A stretch of DNA of 63,343 bases, the filler included, from Neoconidiobolus thromboides FSU 785 (Eukaryota > Fungi > Entomophthoromycota): NCBI GenBank assembly GCA_025603075.1. It is 11 parts of 11 records of this genome, joined end to end, with 100 filler letters (N's around TTAATTAATTAA, not from the genome) between each part and the next. Parts side by side here need not be neighbours in the genome. Positions count along the whole stretch, not along the records: positions 47,550 to 56,424 come from MU626673.1; positions 56,525 to 57,692 come from MU627028.1; positions 57,793 to 59,999 come from MU626871.1; positions 60,100 to 61,540 come from MU626965.1; 7 more parts are not named here. The stretch is one strand, 5' to 3'. Positions 47,904 through 60,376 of the stretch are shown piece after piece. The translations under genes were made by a program, and so were the position numbers. Under the pieces are notes generated by a model, which was not told the DNA's origin, searched no databases, and saw only the letters and a list, made by a program, of their open reading frames with translations. Numbering within the stretch: the first letter of the stretch is position 1; every line of letters starts with the position of its first letter.

Positions 47904-48001
47904 GAGGATGTATTTTTGTGTTTAAGAATTTTACTAACAAATTTTCCACTTAAATAGCGCTTAAAAATGGAAAAAATAATGAAGTCGAAAAAAACACTCC
48001 C
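47904..48001. mobile_element. MITE copy (inverted relative to the previous one)
   Basis: atat|gaggatgtatttttgtgtttaagaattttactaac ... aaaacactccc|at. Confidence 0.88.
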
Positions 48002-48144
48002 ATGTCTTTTTTAAGAATTTTAGTTAAAAAATTAGTTAACTTTAATTATAATACTAAAAAAAGAACATTTAAATAAAATAATACTAAAGCTAACTTAAAA
48101 ACAGACTGATTTCAAAATAGTTATTGATCTTTATTATTTTACCC

Positions 48145-49678
48145 TTATTGTAACAACCAAGGAGCAGCAAATTTAGCTTTTTGATTGGACATATCAGCTT
48201 CTTCCAACTTCAACATATGTTGTACTTTTGATAAACCAAAATAAAGTATTGCTGTCAATTTAGCATCTTTTAAGTTTAAACTCAAAGTGGAATTAATAAA
48301 CCTAATCAATGCTAATAATTCTTTCTTATTTAAATTAATCAATTGATTTAATTGAATCAAAATAAAGATTAATCTTAAATTGATACTATCTGGATAAGAG
48401 TTAAGGGAGATAATTAATTGAGTATGAGAATGATTCATTACATAATCATTAATAGATAATAACAAATTAGAAAAATTTAATGGGTCTTGTTTAGCTAAAT
48501 AAAAATAGCAATATAGAATTAAGTCTGAAAACACTCAAAAATTAAAAAAATTACCTTTTGTGTTCTTAGGAACATTTAATAACTCATCAATAGCTGCTTG
48601 TTTCAATTCCAATTCATTAGTAAAAGTAGCCAAACTATATAAAATACATAGTGTTTCTATTGTATAAAATTGATTTTCAATTGAATTTAATAATAATTGT
48701 TGGGCCATATCTAAATGTTGTTGGGAATTTAATTGATATAATAATTTACTCATCAATATTGTTGAATATAATTGATAATCTAAATGGTTTAATGTGGACT
48801 CAAAACAATCAAAACTTTCTTGTAAAGAATTATTAAAATAATAAGCTAAGCCTAATCCAATATTAATTTGTATTTTTTGTTCTTCAGTTAATTGATTATT
48901 ATATTTATTTAATAAATATTGAAATTGATTAATAGATTCTATATAATTTTCACTAGAACATAATACTCGTGCATAATTCAATATTACTAAGATATAAAAT
49001 CTGTTATTATCTTCTTTTTCTTTTTCTTTTTCTTTTTCTAATAATTGTTTACTATTTTTAAAACATTCAATTGCTTCTTTAAAAAATTGAAGTCTCTCAT
49101 AATATAATCCCATTAAATTAAAAGCTTTTGGATCTGATTGATTTATTTCTAAATATTTCATAATACTTAATTGACCTAAATCATATTTTTTAAATTGAAA
49201 CATTAAATTGGAATATTCATAATATAAATTTATACAATTAAATTGATTTAATTCATTAATATGAATTGTCATTTCATTACTTTCTTTTAATTTTAATTTA
49301 TTCATTAAAATTAATTTACCTATTAAATTATTGATTGAATCAGGTTGAATATCTATACTTTTATTAATCAATTGTTCACTTAATTCATTATCTCCTTGTA
49401 ATAAACATAAATAGCCATAATTTGTTAAGGAAGATGAATTCTAAAATAAAAAACGAAATAAAAGTTAAATATAATAATTGAATTAAAATTAAAATTAAAA
49501 TTACTTTATGATTTTCTAAAATAGAAGCTTGAATAAAAGCATGCTGGGCTAGTTTTGGATTCAATTTTAAATTTAATACACCTAATAAATTCCAAGCTTT
49601 GGAATAAGATGGATTTAATTGGATACAACGTAATAAATAATTAAAACTTAATTTATAATAAAATTCTTGTTGTTGTAA

Positions 49679-49717
<39 letters not shown>

Positions 49718-51202
49718 CTTATTTAATATAAAATAATTTCTTGCAATCTTATATAAAATATTAATAATTGGTGATTTATTAATTATTAATATTCTTTTAT
49801 AACTTAATATGGATAGTAATAATATTTTATTTAATTGTATTGAATTATTATTATTAATTAATTCCATCTTATCTTTTTCATTAAAATTGAGATTTAATTC
49901 TTTTATTAATTGATTTAATAAACTAATATCAATTGAATTTAATTGATTTAATAATAATCTAAAAAAATACAATGTTTCTGCAATTAATTCCCAACACATG
50001 AATGAATTCTTATCTACTTGAATCCCATTTAATAAATTTTCCAATGAATCATTCAAAATACTTGCTGCATAACCAAAATCCCCAGATTTAAAACATTGAT
50101 TTGCAAAATTCAAATATACTTCCGATAATAATAAAATGATTGGTAAATAATTTGTTTTCTTATTATTTAATTCAATTAATAAATTAATTGCTTCTTTGAA
50201 TTGATTTAATTTTAAATAAACTTTAGCTAAATAATAAGAACTAATAATATCTTCCTTATTCTGTTTTAAAAAACATTTCGAACTAGCTTTATATCTCCCT
50301 TCTTTATAATATGCTAACCCTAATCCTTTCCATACTACTAAATTATCCGAATTTAATTTTAAACTTTTTTGAAAACTAATAATTGCATTATTACTATCAT
50401 TTTTAGACTAAAAAATAATACATTGTTAATATTAATATTAATATTATTCGTATTATTATTATTAATTTTACCATATCTAAATAACCTTTTTTTTCCCAAA
50501 CCCAACTTGAATTAGGTAAGTAATGGATCATCTGATTTAATAATTGTTCAATAAATTCCCACTCTTTTTTATCAGTTTGAATTTGATAAATTAATTTATA
50601 ACAATCTTCTAATTTTGGTTGATATTTAATAGCATTAATAAAACATTTTAATGCTTTATTATGATTGAATTGAATTTGTTGATAATAATAACCTAAATAT
50701 TCTAATACTTCTCCAAATTCATTATTATTTTTTAAACTCTTTATAAGATAATCATAACTCAATTCGTATTCCTTATTTTCCCAATAAACTACTCCTAATC
50801 GATAATAAGTTTTATAATCATTTGGTTGATTTTGTATTACTTTTAACAATAACTGTTTGCCTTCTTCTATCTTATTTAATTTAATTAAACTCCAACCTTT
50901 AATACTTAATATATTAAAATTATTATTAATAGTTTCATTATTATTAATCCATTCTAATAATAAGCTATAATTCTTTTTCATTAATCCATATTCTAATAAA
51001 CTCTATAAAAAATAACAATTAATTATTATTATTATTAAAATCAATGAAATAATAGTTTACCTCAAAAGCATATAAATTATTATTATTATTATTAACAATA
51101 ATTTGTAATAATTGATAAGCTTGATTATGAAATGATAAATTATCACTTTTTAAGTAACAATTACTTATGTTTAATTTACATGAATCATAGACACTATGAA
51201 CA

Positions 51203-51234
<32 letters not shown>

Positions 51235-52937
51235 CATTTAAGTAAATATAAGATATATTTACTTACTTTTGAATTAATTCTAATTCCCCTTTAAATAAAT
51301 GTTCGATATGAGTTAATAAAGATTTGGCTACTTTAAGCGCCAAATCATAGTATTTAAAATTAAATAATAACCATAACGTTGAATGCATTGTAAACAATTC
51401 TTTGCTTTCTTCTACCTCTTCAATCAATTCCTAATAAAATGTTATATATATTTATATATTATATATTATATTAATTAAATAGTTACTTTAAAATCAATTT
51501 CTTCATTTAATTCTTTAAATTGATCAAAATCCACATGATGATTTTTAACTAATAATGCTATTCTTTTGAATAAACAGCTATCATCCTCTTCTAATTCAAT
51601 ATATTTTTTTAATTGATCATTATTGTATAATTCTATATTTAAAATTAATTAATTAATATTCTTATATAAAAATAATAATAATCATTTACCAGGATGACAA
51701 ACATTCTCAAAACTAATCAACGCTTGATAAGTAACCTTTGATTCCATCTGATGTTCAATTAAATATTGAGCATAACTTTGTAAATCAAATAATAACTAAT
51801 AATTGTATTTAATAAATATTTTAATAATAAATAAAATAATGATCTTTTTAAAAAAATTTACATTTTTTTTGCCTTTAATAAAAGTAGATCCCACAAGATA
51901 ATATAAATGTTCTAAATATTTTTTAGAATATTGAATATATTCTTCACTTTTAATATCCATATTTATAGCTCCCATTAATTGAATAATATCTAACAAACAA
52001 TTCAAATACTAAATAAAATAAAAATCAATTTTATATTAATAAAATCTTATTTTCAGAATTTAAACTTTAAATTACCTTTTTATCTTCATAAACTTCAGTT
52101 CGAACTTTAAATTTAATAGTGATCATTGAATCTTCTGATAAACTTCTTCTTTTTGATTCAATTAATTTTTCTATTAATGATTCTTTTTGTGAACAAAGAA
52201 TACTTTCAATTTTGTAATATTGAAATAATAACTTGCTTTGATCAACATAGTATTCTTCTCGATAATGCGGTGAACCAGGTAATAAATCTCTGGTCAATTC
52301 TAGAATCTAAAAGAGAACGATTAAAATGAGATTGAAGTTAAAATAGAGTAACTTACTTTTTCTTCATGTCCTGTTAAATTTTCATAATATTGAATTAAAT
52401 TTTGTGTTATTTCAAAATATTTAGCATATAGTTCACTATTATTTTAATAATTTAAAAATTAATAAAGTAATATTTTATTTTTTATAATAACAATAATATA
52501 CTTACTTTCTAAAATAACATTGTCTTGCTTTTTCATATTCAATAATTAGTTTTTCACTATTTTGTTGTTTTTCATATAATTGAATTAAACCCTATTTGAA
52601 TGAAAAATAATTAAGATTTTAAAAACATCCACTTTTTTTCTCAGTGTTACCTGATAAACTACAGGTAAATCTGGTTTTAATCCCAATGCTTTCAAGTAAG
52701 CCATTTCTGAATCTTGATATTCATTTAAATGAAATTGAGCTAAACCTAAATATAACCAACTAGATATGAAATTTGATTTAATTAATCATTTGCTTTAGAA
52801 AATAGAATGAATAAATTTTACACCTGATGATTAGTACCTTCAAATAAAAGTACTCTTTTGCATCCATCTTTTGCTTTTTTATATTCTTTATTAGCTAGAT
52901 CTTGACGTATTTTTTTAATTGTTTCTTTATTGTTCAT
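48145..52937 (-). CDS. SKI3: Superkiller complex TPR subunit Ski3/TTC37, multi-exon
   Basis: N-terminal IKKIRQDLANKEYKKAKDGCKRVL, many TPRs, SWVWEKKGYL, AIISFQKSLK...WKGLGLAYYKEGRYKASSKCF, LNPSYSKAWNLLG...KLAQHAFI, ends AAPWLLQ*. Confidence 0.82.
49681..49714 (-). repeat. (AAT)11 trinucleotide repeat encoding poly-Asn in SKI3
   Basis: KINNNNNNNNNNNLQQQE in ORF 49388-50113. Confidence 0.85.
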
Positions 52938-53192
52938 CTTTTGTTTGAAAAAATATCAAAAAAAAGTTCTTTCAATTTATCAAATTAAAATTTAATTTCA
53001 TTCATTTTATTCTTATAAAATTTCATAATGACATTACATTACATTATGCAAAAAATAAGATATAAAAATATAAAAATAAAAATAAGTTCATCTTTGTTCA
53101 ACTTTAACAATTTAATAATAGGGAGGATAGAAAATGGTTGATGGAAGGTTCAATTGAATCAAAACTCCATTGGAAAAAATACTATTAATCAA

Positions 53193-54896
53193 TTAAGCTT
53201 CAAGCTCACGTACGAAATTGAGACCCCAATAAGCTGCGGTATATTTAGTGACATATCGAAATAATTTTTGAAAATTTTCCGATTTTTCTTGATTAGAAAG
53301 GGTTAAAGCTTGAAAGATTTTACTAGCTAAATCTTCAGTATCCCATGGATTAACAATAAGTGAACCATTTAATGATTGAGCTGCTCCAGCAAATTCAGAC
53401 AATATTAAACTACCGTGATTATCTTGCTGTGAAGAGATAAATTCATAAGATACTAAATTCATACCATCTCTAGTGGAAGATACTAAACAGATATCAGACA
53501 TAGCATATAAGGCTACTAATTCTTGAAAATTAACTGATTGATACATAAAGTGAATTGGAACATATTCAATTGTGCCTAATAAATAAATAAAATTAATATA
53601 TTAAATATATTGAAATGTATTAAAATTACCAAATCTTCCATTAATTCTACCAACCATTTCATTAACTTTACATGTTAAATATTGATATTCATCAACATCA
53701 CTTCTAGATGGTACTGCTACTTGAATTAAAACTACCTATTAAATAAAATAAAATAAAATAAAATAAAATAAATTATTATTATTATTTACCTTTCCAATAA
53801 ATTCGGGATATTTTTCAAAAAAATATTCAATACCAGCTAATTTTTGAGGCACCCCTTTAATATAATCTAATCGATCCACACCAACAATGACTTTAGTTCC
53901 TTTAAACTTTTCTTTTAATCTTTTAATTCTTTCCATTACTGTTTCTGTTTTTAATTCCTATTAGATTAAAATAAATAAATATACTATTATTATTATTATT
54001 ATTATTAATTAATTACCTGTAAAAACTTTTCCGGATCAATACCAATAGGAAAAGTACCCACTTTAACTTTTCTATTCTCAAATTCAATATGATTTGGTGT
54101 CGTCTCCAAATTCATAACCAAACTACATGATGATAAGAAATGTCTTGCATAATCATAAGTATGAAAGCCTAAAAGATCAGCATTAAGTACACCTAAAAGT
54201 ACTTCTTTTCTCACCGGTAAAATACGATAAATTTCACTAGATGGAAAAGGGGTATGCAAAAACCAACCAATTTTCACATTTTTATATTGATTTCCCATTT
54301 TTTGTCTTAATAATTGAGGCAAAATCATTAAATGATAATCATGAATCCACACCAAATCCCCATCTTGTAATTCTTCAAATACTGCATCAGCAAATAATTC
54401 ATTTGCCTTTTTATACGCTTCCCAAGCTTCATCATTAAATGATATTTCTCCTGGATGATAATGAAACAATGGCCATAAAATACTATAGAATAAATAATAT
54501 ATTTAATATTGTTCCATTCTATTCTATTAAATTGAATTTACCTATTAGAAAACCCATTATAATGAGCTTCTGCTAAGTCATCCTCTAAAAATACTGGTTT
54601 ACAATTAAATTCTTCTTTTAATGAAGCGCAGATTGTTTTTCTATCATCTTCATTAAAATCCTTGCCTATAAATTTTCGATTTAATTTTATATACTTTAAC
54701 TTCAAATAGAACAAAACTTACCCGGCCAACCAATCCATTTAAATGACATTTCTTTTTTCAATCCAGAAAGTGCAGAAACAAGTCCACCTGAACTCATGGA
54801 ATAAGAATAACTAGAATCCTCTCCTTTTTTTATAGTGATTGGTAAGCGATTAGATATCACTAATAATCTTTGACCACTACTTTCTTTATTAGACAT
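53193..54896 (-). CDS. TPS1: Trehalose-6-phosphate synthase, multi-exon
   Basis: RLLVISNRLP, MSSGGLVSALSG, WIGWPG, LWPLFHYH, DLVWIHDYHL, IGWFLHTPFPSSEIYR, VGVDRLDYIKGVPQKL, STRDGMNLVSYE, LILSEFAGAAQSL. Confidence 0.98.
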
Positions 54897-57800
54897 TCCT
54901 CTTTAAAATTTAAATTAACTTTATCAAAAATTCTCTAAAAATTACTACCTCATTTACTTTTATACAATTATTAACCATTTACAAATTAAAATAAAATTCT
55001 AACCATGACATCATGCAGTAGGAAATAGATGGGAAGCCATAAATTAGCCAATAAAATCCAAAGTTAGACCAACCACTTTAATAAAATTCACTTCATTGGC
55101 TTGATTCAAAAATTAAATCCCTATCTTTTAGACTCCGATGTGGAAGTTAACATTTCAATAGGGGCAATAGTCTACAAAAGGTGACGTAGTTAAGTTGATT
55201 TTTAGGGGATGATTTCATAATTCGTACCATTGTAATAAATATTAATTTATACAAAGATAAAAGAGATAAGATAAAACATGTATAAATAAAAGTATGTGTT
55301 TCTATTTGATATTATATTAGACTTAGTTAACTTTTGTATGTGTTATGGAAAACTTATGTCTTGTTAAGAAGTAGATTAATGTAGCTGTTTTCTAAAAATT
55401 GAATTAGTTGAAGTAACTTTGTATCTTGCTGTTTTATTAGTTAGTGTCACTGTCTTTGCTATAAAAATGACAAGTTAATTTATTCTCTATAGAGGAATAA
55501 TTGAAATAAAAAATAAATTTGAGTTTTTTTTATAAAATTCGATAATTATTTATTTTGATAGGGAAATTTTATGTTCTATAATTTATTTAATATCATAAAC
55601 AAATTGATAGATTCTCTTAAAAATTCCCATATTTTTTATTATGAAGCAACTACAAAATATAATAATATTATTATATCTTACATATTGTTAAGAAGCTTGG
55701 AAAAATTAAAATCAAAATTTAATTTTAATTTGATTAACTCTTATATAGCCACTACAACTTGTTTGTAACTTTTAACTGTTCATTTGAAAAGAATACTTTT
55801 CTAAAACTAGGCAAAATTTTATATTAGGCTTAAAAAATCAAATAAATAAATAATAATTAGCTTTAAAAACTACCGCAAATTGAATCGCAATAAACTTTTA
55901 GCAGCGATAATTTTAACTTACTATTACTTGAAATCAAAGAATATTTATAATACTATTACTTAAATAAAAGACTAATAATAATAATAATAATAAAGGTTGT
56001 AAAAACACTATTATTAAATGTTTTTTTATCAATTATTAAAAGATAAGAATTGTTTATTATAATAGAAAAAGGTATTATAAAATAATTTGATGTTTTTATA
56101 CTACATTATAGCTATAAAAAGACACTTGTTGAAATTAGGAGTATAATTTTTGGTTTGATTCAAGCTGGAATTCAAATATCTGTAACGAATGTTTTATTTT
56201 GTTGTTTATCTATTTACAGTTATTAAAGTACAAATACCCAACAGCTAACGATAATTTTTATAATTGGTAATTTATATTATCATACTAATTTCCAACTCAA
56301 TGGTTGTATTTTTATTTCAAAATAACTAGTTAGTACTCGAAATTTATACTTTAAGTATATTATATTAAATAACTTTATAAAACTATTTACTAGACTTTTT
56401 ACAAAAATAACTCACGCCATCACTNNNNNNNNNNNNNNNNNNNNNNNNNNNNNNNNNNNNNNNNNNNNTTAATTAATTAANNNNNNNNNNNNNNNNNNNN
56501 NNNNNNNNNNNNNNNNNNNNNNNNGTTAATTGACTACATTGTTGAGATTCAACAATGGTAAGTAGTAATAAAGAAATAAACAAGACTAGCTTTAACATTA
56601 AGCCAATGTAAATTAAATAAGAAACAAGGTAAGGTTGTAATGCCTTAGATCGTTTGTTTATATATTTGCCATTTTAAATGAAAGCATATTAAACTATTTT
56701 TAGAAAATAATAGTCATCCTCTCCTTTATACAATAAGATTTTATGTACTTAGTAAATACTCCTTAGTTGAGAGCAATATTGCTATTTATTTATCTCAAAC
56801 TAGTTGATAAATTGAGGTCTTTAATAGTATTACTAACTTTTTTTCCTCAATTTAATAATTGAATTAACGGTATCACGTAATAAAGTCTACATTTATTCTC
56901 ATGAATAAGGTCAAAAACTACCTTTAATAGTAGTTTCCAATTACTATTATTTTATTAAACTACGATGTTTATTTATTAAATGTTTATTTTTAACCTAAAT
57001 TGATTTAACTCAATTTTTAATTCTATTCATTTTCACCTCTTATTTATCATTATAGCGATTATCATGTTTAATTGTACAAAATAGAATCAACCAAATGGTT
57101 TATGCAAATAAGGTTGGCATCTCATTACTAATAAGCATTAACTTTATCTCTTATTAGTCAATAAATTAACTAGTGGATTCTGTAATTATAATAACAAATC
57201 GTGTAACTCAAATTCGGTTTTTTATTCATAAATCAGGGATAAAATTAAATTAAATTAATCCAATTTTAATAAAGTTGATATTGAGTATCCACATAAACTC
57301 AACTTTTTCTAAAATAAAAAACGCTATAGTATAGGATTGCAATATTTGAATGCTTTCAGTGCAAAACATTTTTTCTTTTTGTCATAAGGAGGCACTACTG
57401 CTGCAGCCGATAAACTTTTAATTTTCCAGTCAAAAAATTTAAATGTTTTATAGCAATGCGTAATATATTAAAGTTAAACTATCCACTCAATGACCAAATA
57501 GCCATAGAACTAAGGCACTAACATCAACTTTCAAACGAATTTACTAGGCTTTTATATTATATTAGAATACATATTATTGAAGCTTTTATTTTTATAATAA
57601 AAAATAATAAAACAATTATATTAAAAAAAGATTTCTTATTTTATAAAATAATCTATTATTTAGATACAGAAAGTTTATTTATAGGCATTTAGNNNNNNNN
57701 NNNNNNNNNNNNNNNNNNNNNNNNNNNNNNNNNNNNTTAATTAATTAANNNNNNNNNNNNNNNNNNNNNNNNNNNNNNNNNNNNNNNNNNNNAGATGATA

Positions 57801-58242
57801 TAAATAAATGGAAGAAAGCATCACCTCAATTTGTTTCAAAAGAATCATTAAAAAAAATAAACTATAATCAGTTGCCCAATTACTTATCAATTGATTTACA
57901 AGAAAGCAATTTATTTAGCTCGAAACAATCACCTTAGTTTGCATCTTATTTAAAAGGATTGAGATTCAATAATATCCAGAGATAGTCCATAGTAAGTTTG
58001 GGGATTATCTTATACTTCAGAGTTCAAACGCTATTGACCAGTTTTTTAATTTCATTTAAATTGATTTCTAGTAATTTGATATCATGAATATAATTTTTGC
58101 TTATCTGTTTAAGATCTTATTAATTTTGTCAGTTACATGTTAGTAAACTAACTATACCTTATATTCAATTTTTTTGAATTTCGCTAATTTTTGTAACTTA
58201 CTCTTTTTATATATTTATAGACTATCAACAATAAGAACATAT

Positions 58243-58339
58243 GGGGCTATTTTTTTTGGTTTCATTACTTTTGCATTTTTTAAGCACTATTTGAGTGGAA
58301 AGATTGTAGTAAAATTTTTAAACAAAAAAGCACATCCTC
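58243..58339. mobile_element. MITE copy
   Basis: atat|ggggctattttttttggtttcattac ... aaagcacatcctc|atat. Confidence 0.85.
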
Positions 58340-58471
58340 ATATAAATTTCATTAGATTTATAAAAAGCGCCTTGTATATATTTATATATGAACTAAAAAA
58401 TTTATAAAAATAAATACCTTATTAAAAACAAAAATATCTGACAGTTTTATATTATTTATTACAGTACATAT

Positions 58472-58562
58472 GAGGATATTTTTTTGATTTCATTACTTTT
58501 CCATTTTTAAGCGCTGTTTAAGCGGAAAGATTGTTAGTAAAATTCTTAAAAAATACATCCCC
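58472..58562. mobile_element. MITE copy
   Basis: atat|gaggatatttttttgatttcattac ... aaaatacatcccc|atat. Confidence 0.85.
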
Positions 58563-59049
58563 ATATCTGTTTAGCAGAATTCCTACTAAATTTAACAAAA
58601 ATTGTTTATATTGGCAAAAATTTTGCTATTATAACCCATGTATTAATACTAATTACAGCTATAATATGGAGATAAATATATATTCTTACAAAGCTTTATT
58701 AAAAATATTTATCAGTAGCTGCTTTATGCTCAATATCCCAGATTTACTATTGAACAAATATGGAAACGATTATAATATTATAATGATATTATTGATTTAT
58801 AATTAAGTTAACAAATAGCTGTACAGAAGGGAATAATTAACTTTGAAACTATAATTTACTATCGTGAAATCTGATACTCAGTAGTTGAAGTCAAAAGATA
58901 TTAGTTTGTGTAACTGACATAGATTTAAATTATAAAAATAGCACATAATAGGCTATAGATTATGTAAGACAAATATAATAAACAATACTACTGTAAAATC
59001 CACATGAAATATTACCAAAAAGATTTAGTGACTTTATTAAAGGTACAAT

Positions 59050-59290
59050 GTTAGGGAATATTCCAATTAAAAGGTCCTAAGTTACCATGTTCTAAAACCT
59101 CTTTTATACTCTAACAAGTATGTATATCAAAACGGGGAGATAATATCCTTTGGAATCACATAGCAGAAACTATCATAGCAAATCAAAATAAAGGCTTGGG
59201 ATTGATTGTGTCTAAACTTGAGAACACGGCAACTTAAGTGATTGTTATGTTATAATCAATCATAGAGCTGATAAAGAGATGTTTCATAAT
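59050..59290 (+). repeat. Repeat family C copy (diverged)
   Basis: ctcttttatactctaacaagtatgtatatcaaaacggggagataat ... atcatagcaaatcaa ... gattgattgtgtctaaacttgagaacac aligns with 42890-43000 and 60100-60290. Confidence 0.75.
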
Positions 59291-59486
59291 AGCTTATTCA
59301 AATTTAAAGTTAATAAATTCAATTTTTATTGTAATAATAAACTGTTAAAAAAATATTAAAAATAAACAACCTCTATTTTAATTAAAACAAATAGCTTATT
59401 TAGAAATTTATTTAATAAAATTACAAATTTTTATAGAAGAAAAAAGTCAAGATTAAATTTTATTTTAATGTTTAACTCTAAGAGTG

Positions 59487-59492
59487 GCGGCT

Positions 59493-59536
<44 letters not shown>

Positions 59537-59559
59537 GCGTTCAATCCGCGGTGGGCGCA
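59487..59559 (+). tRNA. tRNA-Phe(GAA), with a G4:G69 acceptor-stem mismatch
   Basis: GCGGCTATAGCTCAGTTGGGAGAGCGTCAGACTGAAGATCTGAAGGTCCCGCGTTCAATCCGCGGTGGGCGCA. Confidence 0.9.
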
Positions 59560-59790
59560 TCAATTTTTACATGGACTTATAATTTTAAGTTGATTCAAAT
59601 TATCGACAAGTGGTAATACAAACTTAAAATACTAATAGATACTTTTTTCTTATACTATCATTGTATCGCTTTATTTTGTTGATTAAAAAGAAGAAAATCA
59701 AAATTTCTACAATAAGATAATAAATGATTGAACAATACCAAATCAACATAGTTATAGTTTAAACTTGTTATATTAAAGATGGATTATAGA

Positions 59791-59999
59791 TTAATTATTT
59801 ATAAATTTAAAAATATGCTCTGTAACGTTTCTATTTCCGGGAATTAAATTATGATCTCCAAATTTACCACTTGTAATTTGAATACTATCAAACCCTAATC
59901 CTTCTAGATGGGATGCGAATTCAGTTGTTTGTTCGGTATTTACCAGAGTATCTTCTTGTGAGTCAATTAATAAGTAATTGGGCAACTGATTATAGTTTA
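59791..59999 (-). CDS. Alpha/beta-hydrolase C-terminal fragment (kynurenine formamidase-like?); remainder in gap
   Basis: LPNYLLIDSQEDTLVNTEQTTEFASHL...GKFGDHNLI, consistent with catalytic Asp and His loops. Confidence 0.5.
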
Positions 60000-60099
60000 N
60001 NNNNNNNNNNNNNNNNNNNNNNNNNNNNNNNNNNNNNNNNNNNTTAATTAATTAANNNNNNNNNNNNNNNNNNNNNNNNNNNNNNNNNNNNNNNNNNNN

Positions 60100-60376
60100 C
60101 TCTGTAAACTCTTTTATACTCTGAAAAGTATAAATATCAAAATGAGAAGATAATGTTCTTCGGGATGGAGCTAGAAATTCTCATAGCAAATCAAGCTGAG
60201 AGTGTGCGATTGATTGCCCCTAAACTCGAGAACACAACAGCTTAGGCGATTGTTATGTTATAGTTAACCATGGGATTGACAAAGCGATATTTCACAAAGA
60301 ATTTTAGTAATAACCTTTTCACTCAAATAGCACTTAAAAAATGGAAAAGTAATGAAATCAAAAAAAAACATCTACA
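60100..60376 (+). mobile_element. Repeat family C copy fused to the terminal ~80 bp of the MITE
   Basis: tctgtaaactcttttatactctgaaaag ... then aattttagtaataaccttttcactcaaatagcacttaaaaaatggaaaagtaatgaaatcaaaaaaaaacatctac|atat. Confidence 0.7.

Noticed and set aside
1553-52937. Window-wide enrichment of RNA-metabolism genes (ELP2, U2, CWF19L1, pseudouridine synthase, DEDDh nuclease, SKI3) as a functional cluster
   Set aside because: RNA-processing genes are common, these are spread over 50 kb among unrelated genes, and there is no shared regulatory evidence. Only the two immediate ncRNA adjacencies were kept as findings.
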